64,000 bases of DNA from Lachnoclostridium sp. GTDB lineage: Bacteria > Bacillota > Clostridia > Lachnospirales > Lachnospiraceae. Positions 49,410 to 58,865 of the stretch are shown here, piece by piece. The notes beneath the pieces were generated by a model. It ran no database searches, was not told the origin of the DNA, and worked only from the letters and a program-made list of their open reading frames with translations. Within the stretch, counting starts at the first letter, position 1; the number at the start of each line of letters is the position of its first letter. A program made the translations under genes and the position numbers. The stretch covers positions 207-64,206 of the forward strand of contig JAETRR010000012.1 in the NCBI GenBank assembly GCA_021770065.1, in the 5' to 3' direction.

Positions 49410-50783
49410 TTAATCCAGAAATGCCCCAGCCATTCTTAACTGCTGCTGCAGCTCCTGTATATCCAGTTCCGTCGGAAGAATTCCTTTAAGAGCCGCCAAA
49501 GCCGCCGCCGTCCCTGCCGCCTGTCCAAGCCCCATACAGACCGGCATAATACGGGTTCCTCCCACAGCCTCCGGTGTGACAGAAATGCAGCGGCCCGTTA
49601 CGATCAGTCCCTCAACATCTTTTGGCAGCATGCAGCGGTATGGCATATAAAACGGATGCCCCGGTACAATATCTTCAAATGAAGCATCCCTGCCGTCCGA
49701 TGTATGGTTTCCCACCAGAGCACACGCACATGAAACTGTATCTTCAAAATGCTTATGTGTCAGAAGATCTTCCTGGGTAACTGTATAACGGCCTGTAATC
49801 TGTCTGCTTTCCCGTACCCCCAGTGTGGAACCCGTAGAAATTAAGTACATATTTTCACAGCCCGGAATATATTTTTTAAATACCTGAATGCATTCGGCAA
49901 TACGGCGGCGGCTTAAATCCTCTGCCCCCGACAAGGCATCTGCATCCGTCCCGTCTATTTCTGTGGCACCGGATATATTCAGTATAAATTCACCGTCTCT
50001 TATTGTTTCATAAAACAATATAAACCAGTCCCGTAAATACTCTAATTCTTCCGGAAGTTTATAATTTCTGAGTTCTCTGTCAATGCGATAAGTATGAAAT
50101 GGAGTGACAGGCCAATTTCTTGTAAAGCTTCCCATAAATTCCGGATTTTCTTTGTAGTATTTCAACAACACATCTTTATTTATTCCGCCCGTTTTCGCAA
50201 GAAGCGTAACCGGGTGGGTTTTCCGGGGATCTGCTGTAACCGTATCATTTCCGGAATAATATGCAATATCCGCATCGCCGGTGGCATCGATAACACATTT
50301 TGCATAGACCGCCTGATGTCCTGACTTATTTTCAATTAATAAGCCCCGGATACAGTTTCCATCCATAATCGCTCCGGATATCCACGTATAATATAATACA
50401 TCCAGTCTCTGCTCTTCCCCTGCCATTTCAGACGCAGTCTGCTTTGCAATCTCTGCATCAAAGAAAACGAATGCTTCTTTTTCCATCTGCGCGTCAATTA
50501 TTCCGCCCTGCTTCTCAATTCGCTGAAAAAACTCAAGCGGAATTCCCCGCACAACTATTTTCTCCATGTCATTGATTCCACAGGAGGCAGACATCATACC
50601 TGCCGTCAGCAATCCGCCCAGGCAGTCAAGCCTGTCAATAACGAGTGTTTTTGCTCCTGTTCTGGCTGCCGCAATAGCCGCGAACAATCCCGCCGTACCG
50701 CCGCCGGCTACAACAACATCATATTCCCCATACACTGGTACTCTTTTTTCTGCTTCATAATAATATTCCATTTTTACCCCCAA
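49410..50783 (-). CDS. FAD-dependent oxidoreductase
   Basis: Contains the dinucleotide fold YDVVVAGGGTAGLFAAIAAARTGAKTLVIDR. It is 457 aa. Confidence 0.8.
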   Translation of the reverse strand: MGVKMEYYYEAEKRVPVYGEYDVVVAGGGTAGLFAAIAAARTGAKTLVIDRLDCLGGLLTAGMMSASCGINDMEKIVVRGIPLEFFQRIEKQGGIIDAQMEKEAFVFFDAEIAKQTASEMAGEEQRLDVLYYTWISGAIMDGNCIRGLLIENKSGHQAVYAKCVIDATGDADIAYYSGNDTVTADPRKTHPVTLLAKTGGINKDVLLKYYKENPEFMGSFTRNWPVTPFHTYRIDRELRNYKLPEELEYLRDWFILFYETIRDGEFILNISGATEIDGTDADALSGAEDLSRRRIAECIQVFKKYIPGCENMYLISTGSTLGVRESRQITGRYTVTQEDLLTHKHFEDTVSCACALVGNHTSDGRDASFEDIVPGHPFYMPYRCMLPKDVEGLIVTGRCISVTPEAVGGTRIMPVCMGLGQAAGTAAALAALKGILPTELDIQELQQQLRMAGAFLD

Positions 50784-50791
50784 GCTGACTG

Positions 50792-51703
50792 TTACTCCAT
50801 ATCTGATAACAGTTTCTCAATCCTTTTCTTATTCTTATCATCAAGATCGCCCAGCGGTTTTCTGGGAGTGCCCGCATCCAGCCCCTGCGCACGCAGCGTA
50901 TATTTGCAAATCTCCTGCCAATGGGGAACGCCGTTTACCTTTTCGTTAAAAAAGTAATCGATATATAACTGGATTTTCTGCTGTGCCTTAATTGTAGCCT
51001 GCACATCTCCCTTTTGGGCTGCATCTAAAATTGCCCGGCATTGCTTCGGCAATATAGCCGGAAAACCTGACAGCCATCCATCCGCACCCATTAAGAGGCC
51101 CTCAGCCGCACAATAGTCATGCCCATAAAAAACATTCAATTTTTCTCCCAGATAGAATTTCAATTTATGGATGCGGTCCGGATCTCCATGCGCCGCCTTA
51201 ATATCTTGAATCGTTCCGTCCTCAACTAATTCGATAATTTCCGGTACAGTCATTTCATAGCCAGCGAACCACGGATTGTTATATATCATCAGACGAATAT
51301 CTATAGCCTCGCGGATATCTTTAAAATGCTGTATAACTGCCGCTTTATAAGGCGATAAGTAATACGGCAGAATTACCATTACGCCGTCAGCGCCGCAATC
51401 CTGTGCATACCTGCTCATTCTGATGGTATTCAATGTGTCATAACGCCCGGTACCACAGATTAACGGCACCTCTTTTCCTAAAAAGGAGGCTACATGGCCG
51501 ATAATCTCCCTTTGCTCTTCCATATTCATAGCTACATTCTCGCCTGTGCTTCCGCAGATCGATATGGACTGGGCACCATTATCAAGCAGCCATGTCAGAT
51601 ATTTTTCCATCCCCTTTCTGTTATAGCTCTGATCTGCATTCCAGATAGTCATGGATGCAGGACAAATGCCATACGGTTTCTTTGCACTCTCTTTTACTTT
51701 CAT
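50792..51703 (-). CDS. dihydrodipicolinate synthase / N-acetylneuraminate lyase family (class I aldolase) protein
   Basis: A DapA-family TIM barrel (CGSTGE, YNNP, and a Schiff-base lysine in IQDIKAAHG). Confidence 0.85.
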   Translation of the reverse strand: MKVKESAKKPYGICPASMTIWNADQSYNRKGMEKYLTWLLDNGAQSISICGSTGENVAMNMEEQREIIGHVASFLGKEVPLICGTGRYDTLNTIRMSRYAQDCGADGVMVILPYYLSPYKAAVIQHFKDIREAIDIRLMIYNNPWFAGYEMTVPEIIELVEDGTIQDIKAAHGDPDRIHKLKFYLGEKLNVFYGHDYCAAEGLLMGADGWLSGFPAILPKQCRAILDAAQKGDVQATIKAQQKIQLYIDYFFNEKVNGVPHWQEICKYTLRAQGLDAGTPRKPLGDLDDKNKKRIEKLLSDME

Positions 51704-51745
51704 TTTTCTTCCCCTTTCTCTTTTTATTCGTAGAATAATTGCTAT

Positions 51746-51784
51746 ATTAAATTTAAAATTTTAAATAAAAATTTTAAATTTAAT
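51746..51784. promoter_or_regulatory. perfect 17-5-17 AT-only palindrome upstream of the aldolase/TRAP operon
   Basis: ATTAAATTTAAAATTTT-AAATA-AAAATTTTAAATTTAAT. Confidence 0.5.
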
Positions 51785-51880
51785 TCAGATAATAAACAAT
51801 TTGAGCATGCATTTTATGTACCTGCCGAGCAAAATCCATGTCTCCACGAAAGCCCGGCTAATATAAAATGCAGCTATACT

Positions 51881-52564
51881 TCATGCTGTATACGCCTTAC
51901 TCAAGTTCATCTTATCCAGAATTTTATCTCTTGCACCGTTAATATGCAGATCTATAATGGAACAGGCTCTCTGATAATCCTCCTGTTCTAATGCCTTAAC
52001 CAGCTTTACATGATCATCGGAAGCCACCTGCTGCTGTGTCGGCGTATGTTCTGCCAGAAGATAATTCACAACCACGAACTGTCCCTGTATTTCTTCATAC
52101 AATTTGCTCAAATACTGATTATGAGCCTGTGAAACCATAAAACGATGAAATTCCAGATCCGCTTTTCTCGTTTTTACAACTTCACACGCCGTATTTAAGG
52201 CTGCGCAGCTGTCAGCCAGTTTTTTCATGGCATTTAAATCGGCTTTTTGTTCCTGGCGTTCCATATCCAGTATCACTTGACGTTCCAGCAGTCCGCGGAC
52301 TTCTAAAAGATCTTCAACCTGCTTTTTTGTATATGTAGGGACATAAAAATGTCCTGCCGGCAAAACCGATATCATGTCTAATGTAAGCATACGCTTGAGT
52401 GCCTGCACAACCGGGGTGCGGCTCACTCCGTAACGGCTTACAAATTCGTCGGGACTCAGTATCTGGCCGGGTTCCCATTTTCCGCAGATAATTTCTTCAT
52501 ACATTTTTTCGTAAATAACGATATCCAGATTTTTCTTTAATGACATATCTAACACCCTTTTCAT
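51881..52564 (-). CDS. GntR family transcriptional regulator (FadR/FCD subfamily)
   Basis: The N-terminal winged HTH is PDEFVSRYGVSRTPVVQALKRM. The C-terminus is an all-helical FCD-like domain. Confidence 0.88.
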   Translation of the reverse strand: MKRVLDMSLKKNLDIVIYEKMYEEIICGKWEPGQILSPDEFVSRYGVSRTPVVQALKRMLTLDMISVLPAGHFYVPTYTKKQVEDLLEVRGLLERQVILDMERQEQKADLNAMKKLADSCAALNTACEVVKTRKADLEFHRFMVSQAHNQYLSKLYEEIQGQFVVVNYLLAEHTPTQQQVASDDHVKLVKALEQEDYQRACSIIDLHINGARDKILDKMNLSKAYTA

Positions 52565-52608
52565 TTTATGTTCTTATCTTACCTGTTTTTATTTTAAATT
52601 ACAATCTT

Positions 52609-52647
52609 AATAATGCATAAAAAATTTTAAATTTTTTATGCATTATT
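52609..52647. promoter_or_regulatory. perfect 17-5-17 palindrome upstream of the GntR gene and downstream of glgP
   Basis: AATAATGCATAAAAAAT-TTTAA-ATTTTTTATGCATTATT. Confidence 0.5.
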
Positions 52648-52751
52648 TCCAAACTTATAACAGTACAAACTAAAAGGACTGAATCCGATAAAAGGGATTC
52701 AATCCTTATTAGTTATATAATCATCAATTTCTGTCTGGCTTTTTCAATCAT

Positions 52752-55211
52752 TTACAGATTTACGGTAATCTTATCCAGATGCCAGATCTCATCCACATAC
52801 TCCTTGATCGTCCGGTCAGAGGAAAACTTTCCGCAGGAAGCCGTATTCATAATGGCCTTCTTTGCCCAGCCCTTTTCATCCCTGTAAGCCTCTTCTACCT
52901 TCTTATGGGCATCCGCATAGGAACGGAAGTCCTTCAGAATAAAGTAAGTATCCGCACGATCGCTGCTCTTGGTATTCAGAAGAGAATCATATATATCCCT
53001 GAAGCGCTCCGGATCGTTGGGCGCATAGCTGCCGTTAATAAGCTGCATCAGCACCTGGCGGATATCCTGATCGCTGTTAAAGATATCCATGGGATTGTAA
53101 CCGCCGTTCTGCTCGTAATTGATAACCTCGTCAGAGCTTAAGCCGAAGATGATGGCATTCTCCTCACCCATCTCTTCTACCATCTCCACGTTGGCGCCGT
53201 CCATCGTTCCGATGGTAATAGCGCCGTTCAGCATAAACTTCATATTACCCGTACCGGAAGCTTCCTTGCTGGCCGTGGAGATCTGCTCGGACACATCGGC
53301 AGCAGCAAAGATCAGTTCTGCATTGGATACGCGGTAGTCCTCAATAAACACAACCTTAAGCTTTCCGTTAATGGAAGCGTCATTGTTAATTACCTCCGCC
53401 ACTGCATTAATCAGCTTAATGGTCAGCTTTGCGCGGTGATAGCCTGCCGCCGCCTTGGCACCGAAGATAAAAGTCCTTGGATAGAAAGGCATCTCCGGAT
53501 GCTCCTTAATCTGGTTGTACAGATACATTACATGAAGAATATTCATCAGCTGGCGCTTATATTCATGGAGACGCTTCACCTGCACGTCAAAGATAGATCT
53601 GGGATCTACCTCTACCCCGTTGTGTTCCAGAATGTATTTTGCAAGGCGCACCTTATTCTGATACTTGATGTTCATAAACTCCTGCTGGGCCTTCTCGTCA
53701 TCCGCATAAATCTTAAGCTTTCCGATCTGGGACAGATCCGTAATCCACTCGTCGCCGATATGCTCCGTTACCCAGGATGCCAGCAGCGGATTGCCGTGAA
53801 GCAGGAACCGGCGCTGCGTGATTCCGTTTGTCTTATTGTTGAACTTCTCCGGCATCATCTGGTAGAAGTCCTTGAGTTCCTGATTCTTGAGAATCTCTGT
53901 GTGCAGCCTTGCCACGCCGTTTACAGAATAGCCCGCGGCAATTGCCAGATGCGCCATTTTCACCTGCCCATCGTAGATAATGGCCATCTTACGCACCTTC
54001 TCATGGTCGCCCGGGTACTTTTTCTGGATCTCCAGGATAAACCGGCGGTTGATCTCCTCAATGATCTGGTATACACGGGGAAGCAGTCTGGAAAACAATT
54101 CAATGGGCCATTTTTCCAGAGCCTCGGACATAATCGTATGGTTTGTATAAGCACAGGTCTTAGTGGTGACCTCCCAGGCCTCATCCCAATCCAGATTTTC
54201 CTCATCAATGAGCACACGCATCAGCTCCGCCACAGCCACTGTGGGATGGGTATCATTAAGCTGGAAAGTTGCCTTCTCATAGAACTTGCGGATATCTTTG
54301 TGGGTATCCTTATATTTTGCAACAGCCCTCTGCACACTTGCGGAGATAAAGAAATACTGCTGTTTCAGGCGGAGCTCTTTGCCTGCCATATGGTTGTCAT
54401 TGGGATAGAGAACCTCAACGATAAGCTTTGCCAGGTTTTCCTCCTCCACGGCCTTCTGATACTCTCCCTTGTCAAAGGAATCCAGATGGAAGGAATTCAT
54501 GGGCTCTGCATCCCAGATACGCAGGGTATTAACCACATTATTGCCGTATCCTACGACCGGCAGGTCACAGGGAACCGCACGGACGCTCTGATATCCCTTC
54601 TGTACAAAATGGTTCCTGCCGTTTTTATCTGTTTCAACTTCTACATAACCACCGAATTTAATAATCTGGGCATACTCTGCGCGGCGCAGTTCAAAAGGAT
54701 TGCCGTCTTTGAGCCACTCGTCGGGCACCTCGATCTGGTAGCCGTCCTTGATCTTCTGCTTAAACATCCCGTAATGATAACGGATTCCGCAGCCATAGGC
54801 AATATAGCCAAGCGTAGAAAGCGAATCCAGAAAACATGCAGCCAGTCTGCCTAAACCGCCGTTTCCAAGCGCAGCGTCCGGCTCCTGATCTTCAATCAGA
54901 TTCAAATCACAGCCCAGTTCTTCCAGCGCCTCTTTTACTCCGTCATAAAAGGTCAGATTGATCAGATTGTTGCCCAGGGCGCGGCCCATCAGAAATTCCA
55001 TGGACATGTAGTAGACGATTTTCGGATCCTTCTTTTTCATCTCTTCCTGGGTTGCAAGCCAGGCATCGATAACGGCATCCTTTGTGGCAAGCGCTACCGC
55101 ATGGAAAATCTGCTGCTGTGTTGCCTCCTCCATACTTCTTCTGTAAAGCGTTTTCACATTGTAGACAACGCTTCTCTTAAAGAATTCCTTATCAAAGGCT
55201 CTCTTACTCAT
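52752..55211 (-). CDS. glgP: glycogen/maltodextrin phosphorylase
   Basis: The PLP site EASGTGNMKFMLNGA is present and the protein is full length (~819 aa). The ATG at 55211 is preceded by GGGAGGGA. The 55253 start would overlap ileS. Confidence 0.95.
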   Translation of the reverse strand: MSKRAFDKEFFKRSVVYNVKTLYRRSMEEATQQQIFHAVALATKDAVIDAWLATQEEMKKKDPKIVYYMSMEFLMGRALGNNLINLTFYDGVKEALEELGCDLNLIEDQEPDAALGNGGLGRLAACFLDSLSTLGYIAYGCGIRYHYGMFKQKIKDGYQIEVPDEWLKDGNPFELRRAEYAQIIKFGGYVEVETDKNGRNHFVQKGYQSVRAVPCDLPVVGYGNNVVNTLRIWDAEPMNSFHLDSFDKGEYQKAVEEENLAKLIVEVLYPNDNHMAGKELRLKQQYFFISASVQRAVAKYKDTHKDIRKFYEKATFQLNDTHPTVAVAELMRVLIDEENLDWDEAWEVTTKTCAYTNHTIMSEALEKWPIELFSRLLPRVYQIIEEINRRFILEIQKKYPGDHEKVRKMAIIYDGQVKMAHLAIAAGYSVNGVARLHTEILKNQELKDFYQMMPEKFNNKTNGITQRRFLLHGNPLLASWVTEHIGDEWITDLSQIGKLKIYADDEKAQQEFMNIKYQNKVRLAKYILEHNGVEVDPRSIFDVQVKRLHEYKRQLMNILHVMYLYNQIKEHPEMPFYPRTFIFGAKAAAGYHRAKLTIKLINAVAEVINNDASINGKLKVVFIEDYRVSNAELIFAAADVSEQISTASKEASGTGNMKFMLNGAITIGTMDGANVEMVEEMGEENAIIFGLSSDEVINYEQNGGYNPMDIFNSDQDIRQVLMQLINGSYAPNDPERFRDIYDSLLNTKSSDRADTYFILKDFRSYADAHKKVEEAYRDEKGWAKKAIMNTASCGKFSSDRTIKEYVDEIWHLDKITVNL

Positions 55212-55230
55212 GGTAAATCCCTCCCGTTTC

Positions 55231-58200
55231 TTATTTTTCTTTTTCAACCCCAAGGGTCACATTCTCTCCGTTGATGTTCCAATCCTTTACATAACCCTTT
55301 GTTTCTCCAATCTTCACATCAAGGGCCAGCACTTCTGACTGAATGGCCTCTTTATGGGATGTAAGAAGCTCTGCAATCTTATCATTTCCCCGGCAATAAA
55401 CTGTGATCTTATCCATAACCTCAAAGTCTGCCTCTTTACGCATGGTCTGAATCTTGCTGATGATCTCCCGGATGTAGCCTTCCTCGATCAGCTCCGGCGT
55501 CAGTCTGGTGTCAAGAACCACCGTAATCTCATTGTCTCCGTCGGATACATAGCCCTCGGTCTGCGCCATGTCGATCAGCAAATCTTCTTCTGATAATACC
55601 ACAGAAACACCGTTTACGTCAAATGTGAGGCTTCCTTTTTCCTTCAGTTCATCCATGGCCGCATTGCCGTCCACCTCTGCCAGCCAGCTGCGGATGCCGT
55701 TCAGAGATTTGCCGTATCTGGGGCCTACGGTCTTAAGCTGGGGCTTGAAACTGTAAGTGGTAAAGGAGCGCACATCATCCGTAAAGGATACGGCCTTTAC
55801 ATTCAGTTCGTCCCGGATGATTTCCCTGTAATAGCTGTCAAGCTCATAGGGTGCTTTCACAAACATATCGGCAATCGGCTGGCGGTTCTTAATATTTGCT
55901 GCGTTTCTGCATGCCCGGCCCATCACCACAATGCGGAGAACCTCGTCCATGTTCTTCTCCAGCTCTTTATCAATCCATTCCGTCTTTACCTCCGGGAAGT
56001 CACAGAGATGGATGCTCTCCGGAGCACTCTTGTCAATGCTGCACACCAGATTCCGGTAAATGTCCTCGGTAATAAACGGTACCATAGGAGCCGCTGCCTT
56101 GCAGATGGTTACCAAAGCAGTGTAGAGGGTCATATAGGCGTTGATCTTATCCTGCTCCATCCCCTTTGCCCAGAAGCGTTCCCGGCTGCGGCGCACATAC
56201 CAGTTGCTCATATCATCCACAAACTCCTGGAGAGCTCTGGCTGTCTCGGGAATCCGGTAGTTTTCCAGATTATCGTCCACCTGGCCCACAACGGTATTCA
56301 GCTTGGAAAGAAGCCATTTGTCCATGACACTTAAGGAATCATAATTCAGTTCATATGCGGAAGCATCAAAATCATCAATATTGGCATACAGCACAAAGAA
56401 AGCATAGGTATTCCAGAGCGTTCCCATAAATTTGCGCTGTCCCTCCATTACGGCTTTTCCGTGGAAACGGTTGGGCAGCCAGGGAGCGCTGTTCACATAA
56501 AAGTACCAGCGGATGGCATCTGCACCGTAAGTTGCCAGTGCATCGAAGGGATCCACGGCATTTCCTTTGGATTTGCTCATCTTCTGTCCGTTCTCGTCCT
56601 GCACATGGCCCAGTACAATAACATTTTCGTAAGGAGCCCTGTTGAAAATCAGCGTGGATTCGGCAAGCAGGGAGTAGAACCAGCCTCTTGTCTGGTCTAC
56701 GGCCTCGGAAATAAACTGAGCTGGGAACTGCTGCTCAAACAAGTCTTTATTTTCAAAGGGATAGTGATGCTGTGCGAAGGGCATGGCTCCGGAATCAAAC
56801 CAGCAGTCAATAACCTCCGGTACACGATGCATGTCTTTTCCGCATTCCGGGCATTTAATAGTAATCTCGTCAATGTAAGGACGGTGGAGCTCCACAGTGA
56901 GAGCCTTTTCATTGCCGCTCATTTCCATAAGCTCCTGACGGCTTCCGACGGCATGCTGATGGCCGCACTCACACTCCCATACATTTAAAGGCGTCCCCCA
57001 ATAACGGTTCCGGCTGATGCCCCAGTCCTGGATATTCTCCAGCCAGTCACCGAACCGGCCCTTGCCGATACTTTCGGGAATCCAGTTGATGGTGTTATTG
57101 TTGCGGATTAAGTCTTCCTTAACCGCAGTCATTTTAATAAACCAGGATTCCCTTGCATAGTAGATAAGAGGCGTGTCACAGCGCCAGCAGAAAGGATAGT
57201 CATGCTCAAATTTCGGCGCCGAGAACAGCTTGCCTTCCTTATCAAGATCCTTTAAAATCTCCGGATCCGCTTTCTTGACAAACATTCCCGCATAAGGGGT
57301 CTCCTCTGTCATATCGCCTTTGCCATCCACAAACTGCACAAAGGGCAGATCGTACCTGCGGCCTACCTGGGCATCGTCCTCACCGAAAGCCGGTGCGATA
57401 TGAACGATTCCCGTACCGTCTATCATGGTTACATAAGTGTCGCAGGTCACGTAATGGCCTTTTTTCTTCTGTTTTGCGGCTGCCTCTCCGGTACAGGCAA
57501 ATAAGGGCTCGTATTCTTTGTATTCGAGATCCGTTCCTTTGAAGGTCTCCAGAATCTCGTAAGCTGCCTGTCCTTCTTCGGCCAGAGAGCCGAGCACCTT
57601 GTCAAGGAGCTCTTTTGCCATATAATAAGTGTAACCGTCCGCCGCCTTTACCTTTACATAGGTATCATTCGGATTCACGCAGAGCGCTACGTTCGAGGGC
57701 AGAGTCCAGGGGGTTGTGGTCCATGCCAGGAAGCAGGCATCCTCCCCCTTCACTTTAAAGCGTACAATGGCAGAACGTTCCTTCACTGCCTTATAGCCCT
57801 GTGCCACCTCGTGAGAGGATAAGGGCGTTCCGCAGCGCGGACAGTAAGGCACAATCTTAAATCCCTTGTACAAAAGGCCTTTTTTCCAGATCTCTTTTAA
57901 AGCCCACCATTCGGACTCGATGTAATCATCATGGTAGGTTACGTAAGGATCGTCCATATCGGCCCAGAAGCCTACGGTACCGGAAAAATCCTCCCACATG
58001 CCTTTGTATTTCCAGACGCTTTCCTTACATTTTGTGATAAAGGGGTCGAGGCCGTATTCCTCGATCTGTTCCTTTCCGTCAAGTCCTAAGAGTTTCTCCA
58101 CCTCCAGCTCTACCGGAAGCCCATGGGTATCCCAGCCGGCTTTCCTTGGAACCATGTAGCCCTTCATGGTACGGTATCTTGGGATCATATCCTTGATAAC

Positions 58201-58386
58201 ACGGGTCAGTACATGGCCGATATGGGGCTTTCCGTTTGCCGTGGGCGGTCCGTCATAAAAGGTATAAGTTTCGCCGTTTTTGCGGTTTTCCATGCTCTTT
58301 TCAAAAATGTGGTTTTCCTTCCAGAAGTTTTCCACATTTTTTTCCCTCTCTACGAAATTAAGATTGGGTGATACTTTTTCATACAT
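55231..58386 (-). CDS. ileS: isoleucine--tRNA ligase (type 2, long form)
   Basis: Contains HIGH (PHIGHVLT) and KMSKSKGN, an editing domain and C-terminal zinc motifs. It is 1051 aa. Confidence 0.97.
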   Translation of the reverse strand: MYEKVSPNLNFVEREKNVENFWKENHIFEKSMENRKNGETYTFYDGPPTANGKPHIGHVLTRVIKDMIPRYRTMKGYMVPRKAGWDTHGLPVELEVEKLLGLDGKEQIEEYGLDPFITKCKESVWKYKGMWEDFSGTVGFWADMDDPYVTYHDDYIESEWWALKEIWKKGLLYKGFKIVPYCPRCGTPLSSHEVAQGYKAVKERSAIVRFKVKGEDACFLAWTTTPWTLPSNVALCVNPNDTYVKVKAADGYTYYMAKELLDKVLGSLAEEGQAAYEILETFKGTDLEYKEYEPLFACTGEAAAKQKKKGHYVTCDTYVTMIDGTGIVHIAPAFGEDDAQVGRRYDLPFVQFVDGKGDMTEETPYAGMFVKKADPEILKDLDKEGKLFSAPKFEHDYPFCWRCDTPLIYYARESWFIKMTAVKEDLIRNNNTINWIPESIGKGRFGDWLENIQDWGISRNRYWGTPLNVWECECGHQHAVGSRQELMEMSGNEKALTVELHRPYIDEITIKCPECGKDMHRVPEVIDCWFDSGAMPFAQHHYPFENKDLFEQQFPAQFISEAVDQTRGWFYSLLAESTLIFNRAPYENVIVLGHVQDENGQKMSKSKGNAVDPFDALATYGADAIRWYFYVNSAPWLPNRFHGKAVMEGQRKFMGTLWNTYAFFVLYANIDDFDASAYELNYDSLSVMDKWLLSKLNTVVGQVDDNLENYRIPETARALQEFVDDMSNWYVRRSRERFWAKGMEQDKINAYMTLYTALVTICKAAAPMVPFITEDIYRNLVCSIDKSAPESIHLCDFPEVKTEWIDKELEKNMDEVLRIVVMGRACRNAANIKNRQPIADMFVKAPYELDSYYREIIRDELNVKAVSFTDDVRSFTTYSFKPQLKTVGPRYGKSLNGIRSWLAEVDGNAAMDELKEKGSLTFDVNGVSVVLSEEDLLIDMAQTEGYVSDGDNEITVVLDTRLTPELIEEGYIREIISKIQTMRKEADFEVMDKITVYCRGNDKIAELLTSHKEAIQSEVLALDVKIGETKGYVKDWNINGENVTLGVEKEK

Positions 58387-58672
58387 CGTAACGCCTCCTT
58401 ATAAAATAAAGCCCCCATCCTGTAAAAGGACGGAAGCCCCGCTTCTGTTATACCACCTGTTACAACATGCTGTCACATGCGTTTCCTTTTAACGGAGGAA
58501 AACCGTCAGTGCCTAAGAAAATGACGGAGCCATCTTCTTTCAGCCTGCAGCTCGGAAGTGATCTTCGGAAAAATCCTACTTGCACCGGGCTTCCACCCTC
58601 CCCGGATCGCTTTGCCGTTCGGATAAATCTTACTCTCTTCGTCTTCGCTTTTACTTATCGTTCACTAGTATA
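58387..58672 (-). promoter_or_regulatory. T-box leader of ileS
   Basis: The minus-strand promoter is TTGACA (58696..58691), 18 nt, TATACT (58672..58667). Stem I contains AGAGAGTAAG, and an AUC codon occurs in GAAGAUCAC. The T-box core ACAGGTGGTATAACAG maps to 58446..58461. A terminator plus U-run maps to 58403..58442. Confidence 0.8.
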
Positions 58673-58742
58673 ACTTGCTTTTGCTTGGTTTGTCAATGTT
58701 TTCGGTCTAATTCCGTTTTCCTTTTTTATTATTACATTTTTT

Positions 58743-58782
58743 GTTACAGTTCGGGCGGCAGCTGCGAACTGTAACTTTTTTT
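58743..58782 (+). terminator. orphan intrinsic-terminator-like hairpin on the plus strand
   Basis: GTTACAGTTCG (58743..58753) pairs with CGAACTGTAAC (58765..58775) and is followed by 7 T. No plus-strand gene lies upstream. Confidence 0.45.
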
Positions 58783-58865
58783 CTTAACGAATTGTAAACT
58801 TTTTATAATAGACCTTGCGCCTGTAAAAAAAATAACATATACTTGTATTTTACAGGAGGCAAAAT

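Noticed and set aside
53436-54854. A 472-aa plus-strand ORF.
   Set aside because: It is antisense to glgP (PLP site present on the minus strand). It is a shadow ORF in a long gene.
55212-55253. The longer glgP start at 55253.
   Set aside because: It would overlap the end of ileS and adds a basic non-conserved peptide. The ATG at 55211 has a GGGAGGGA RBS.
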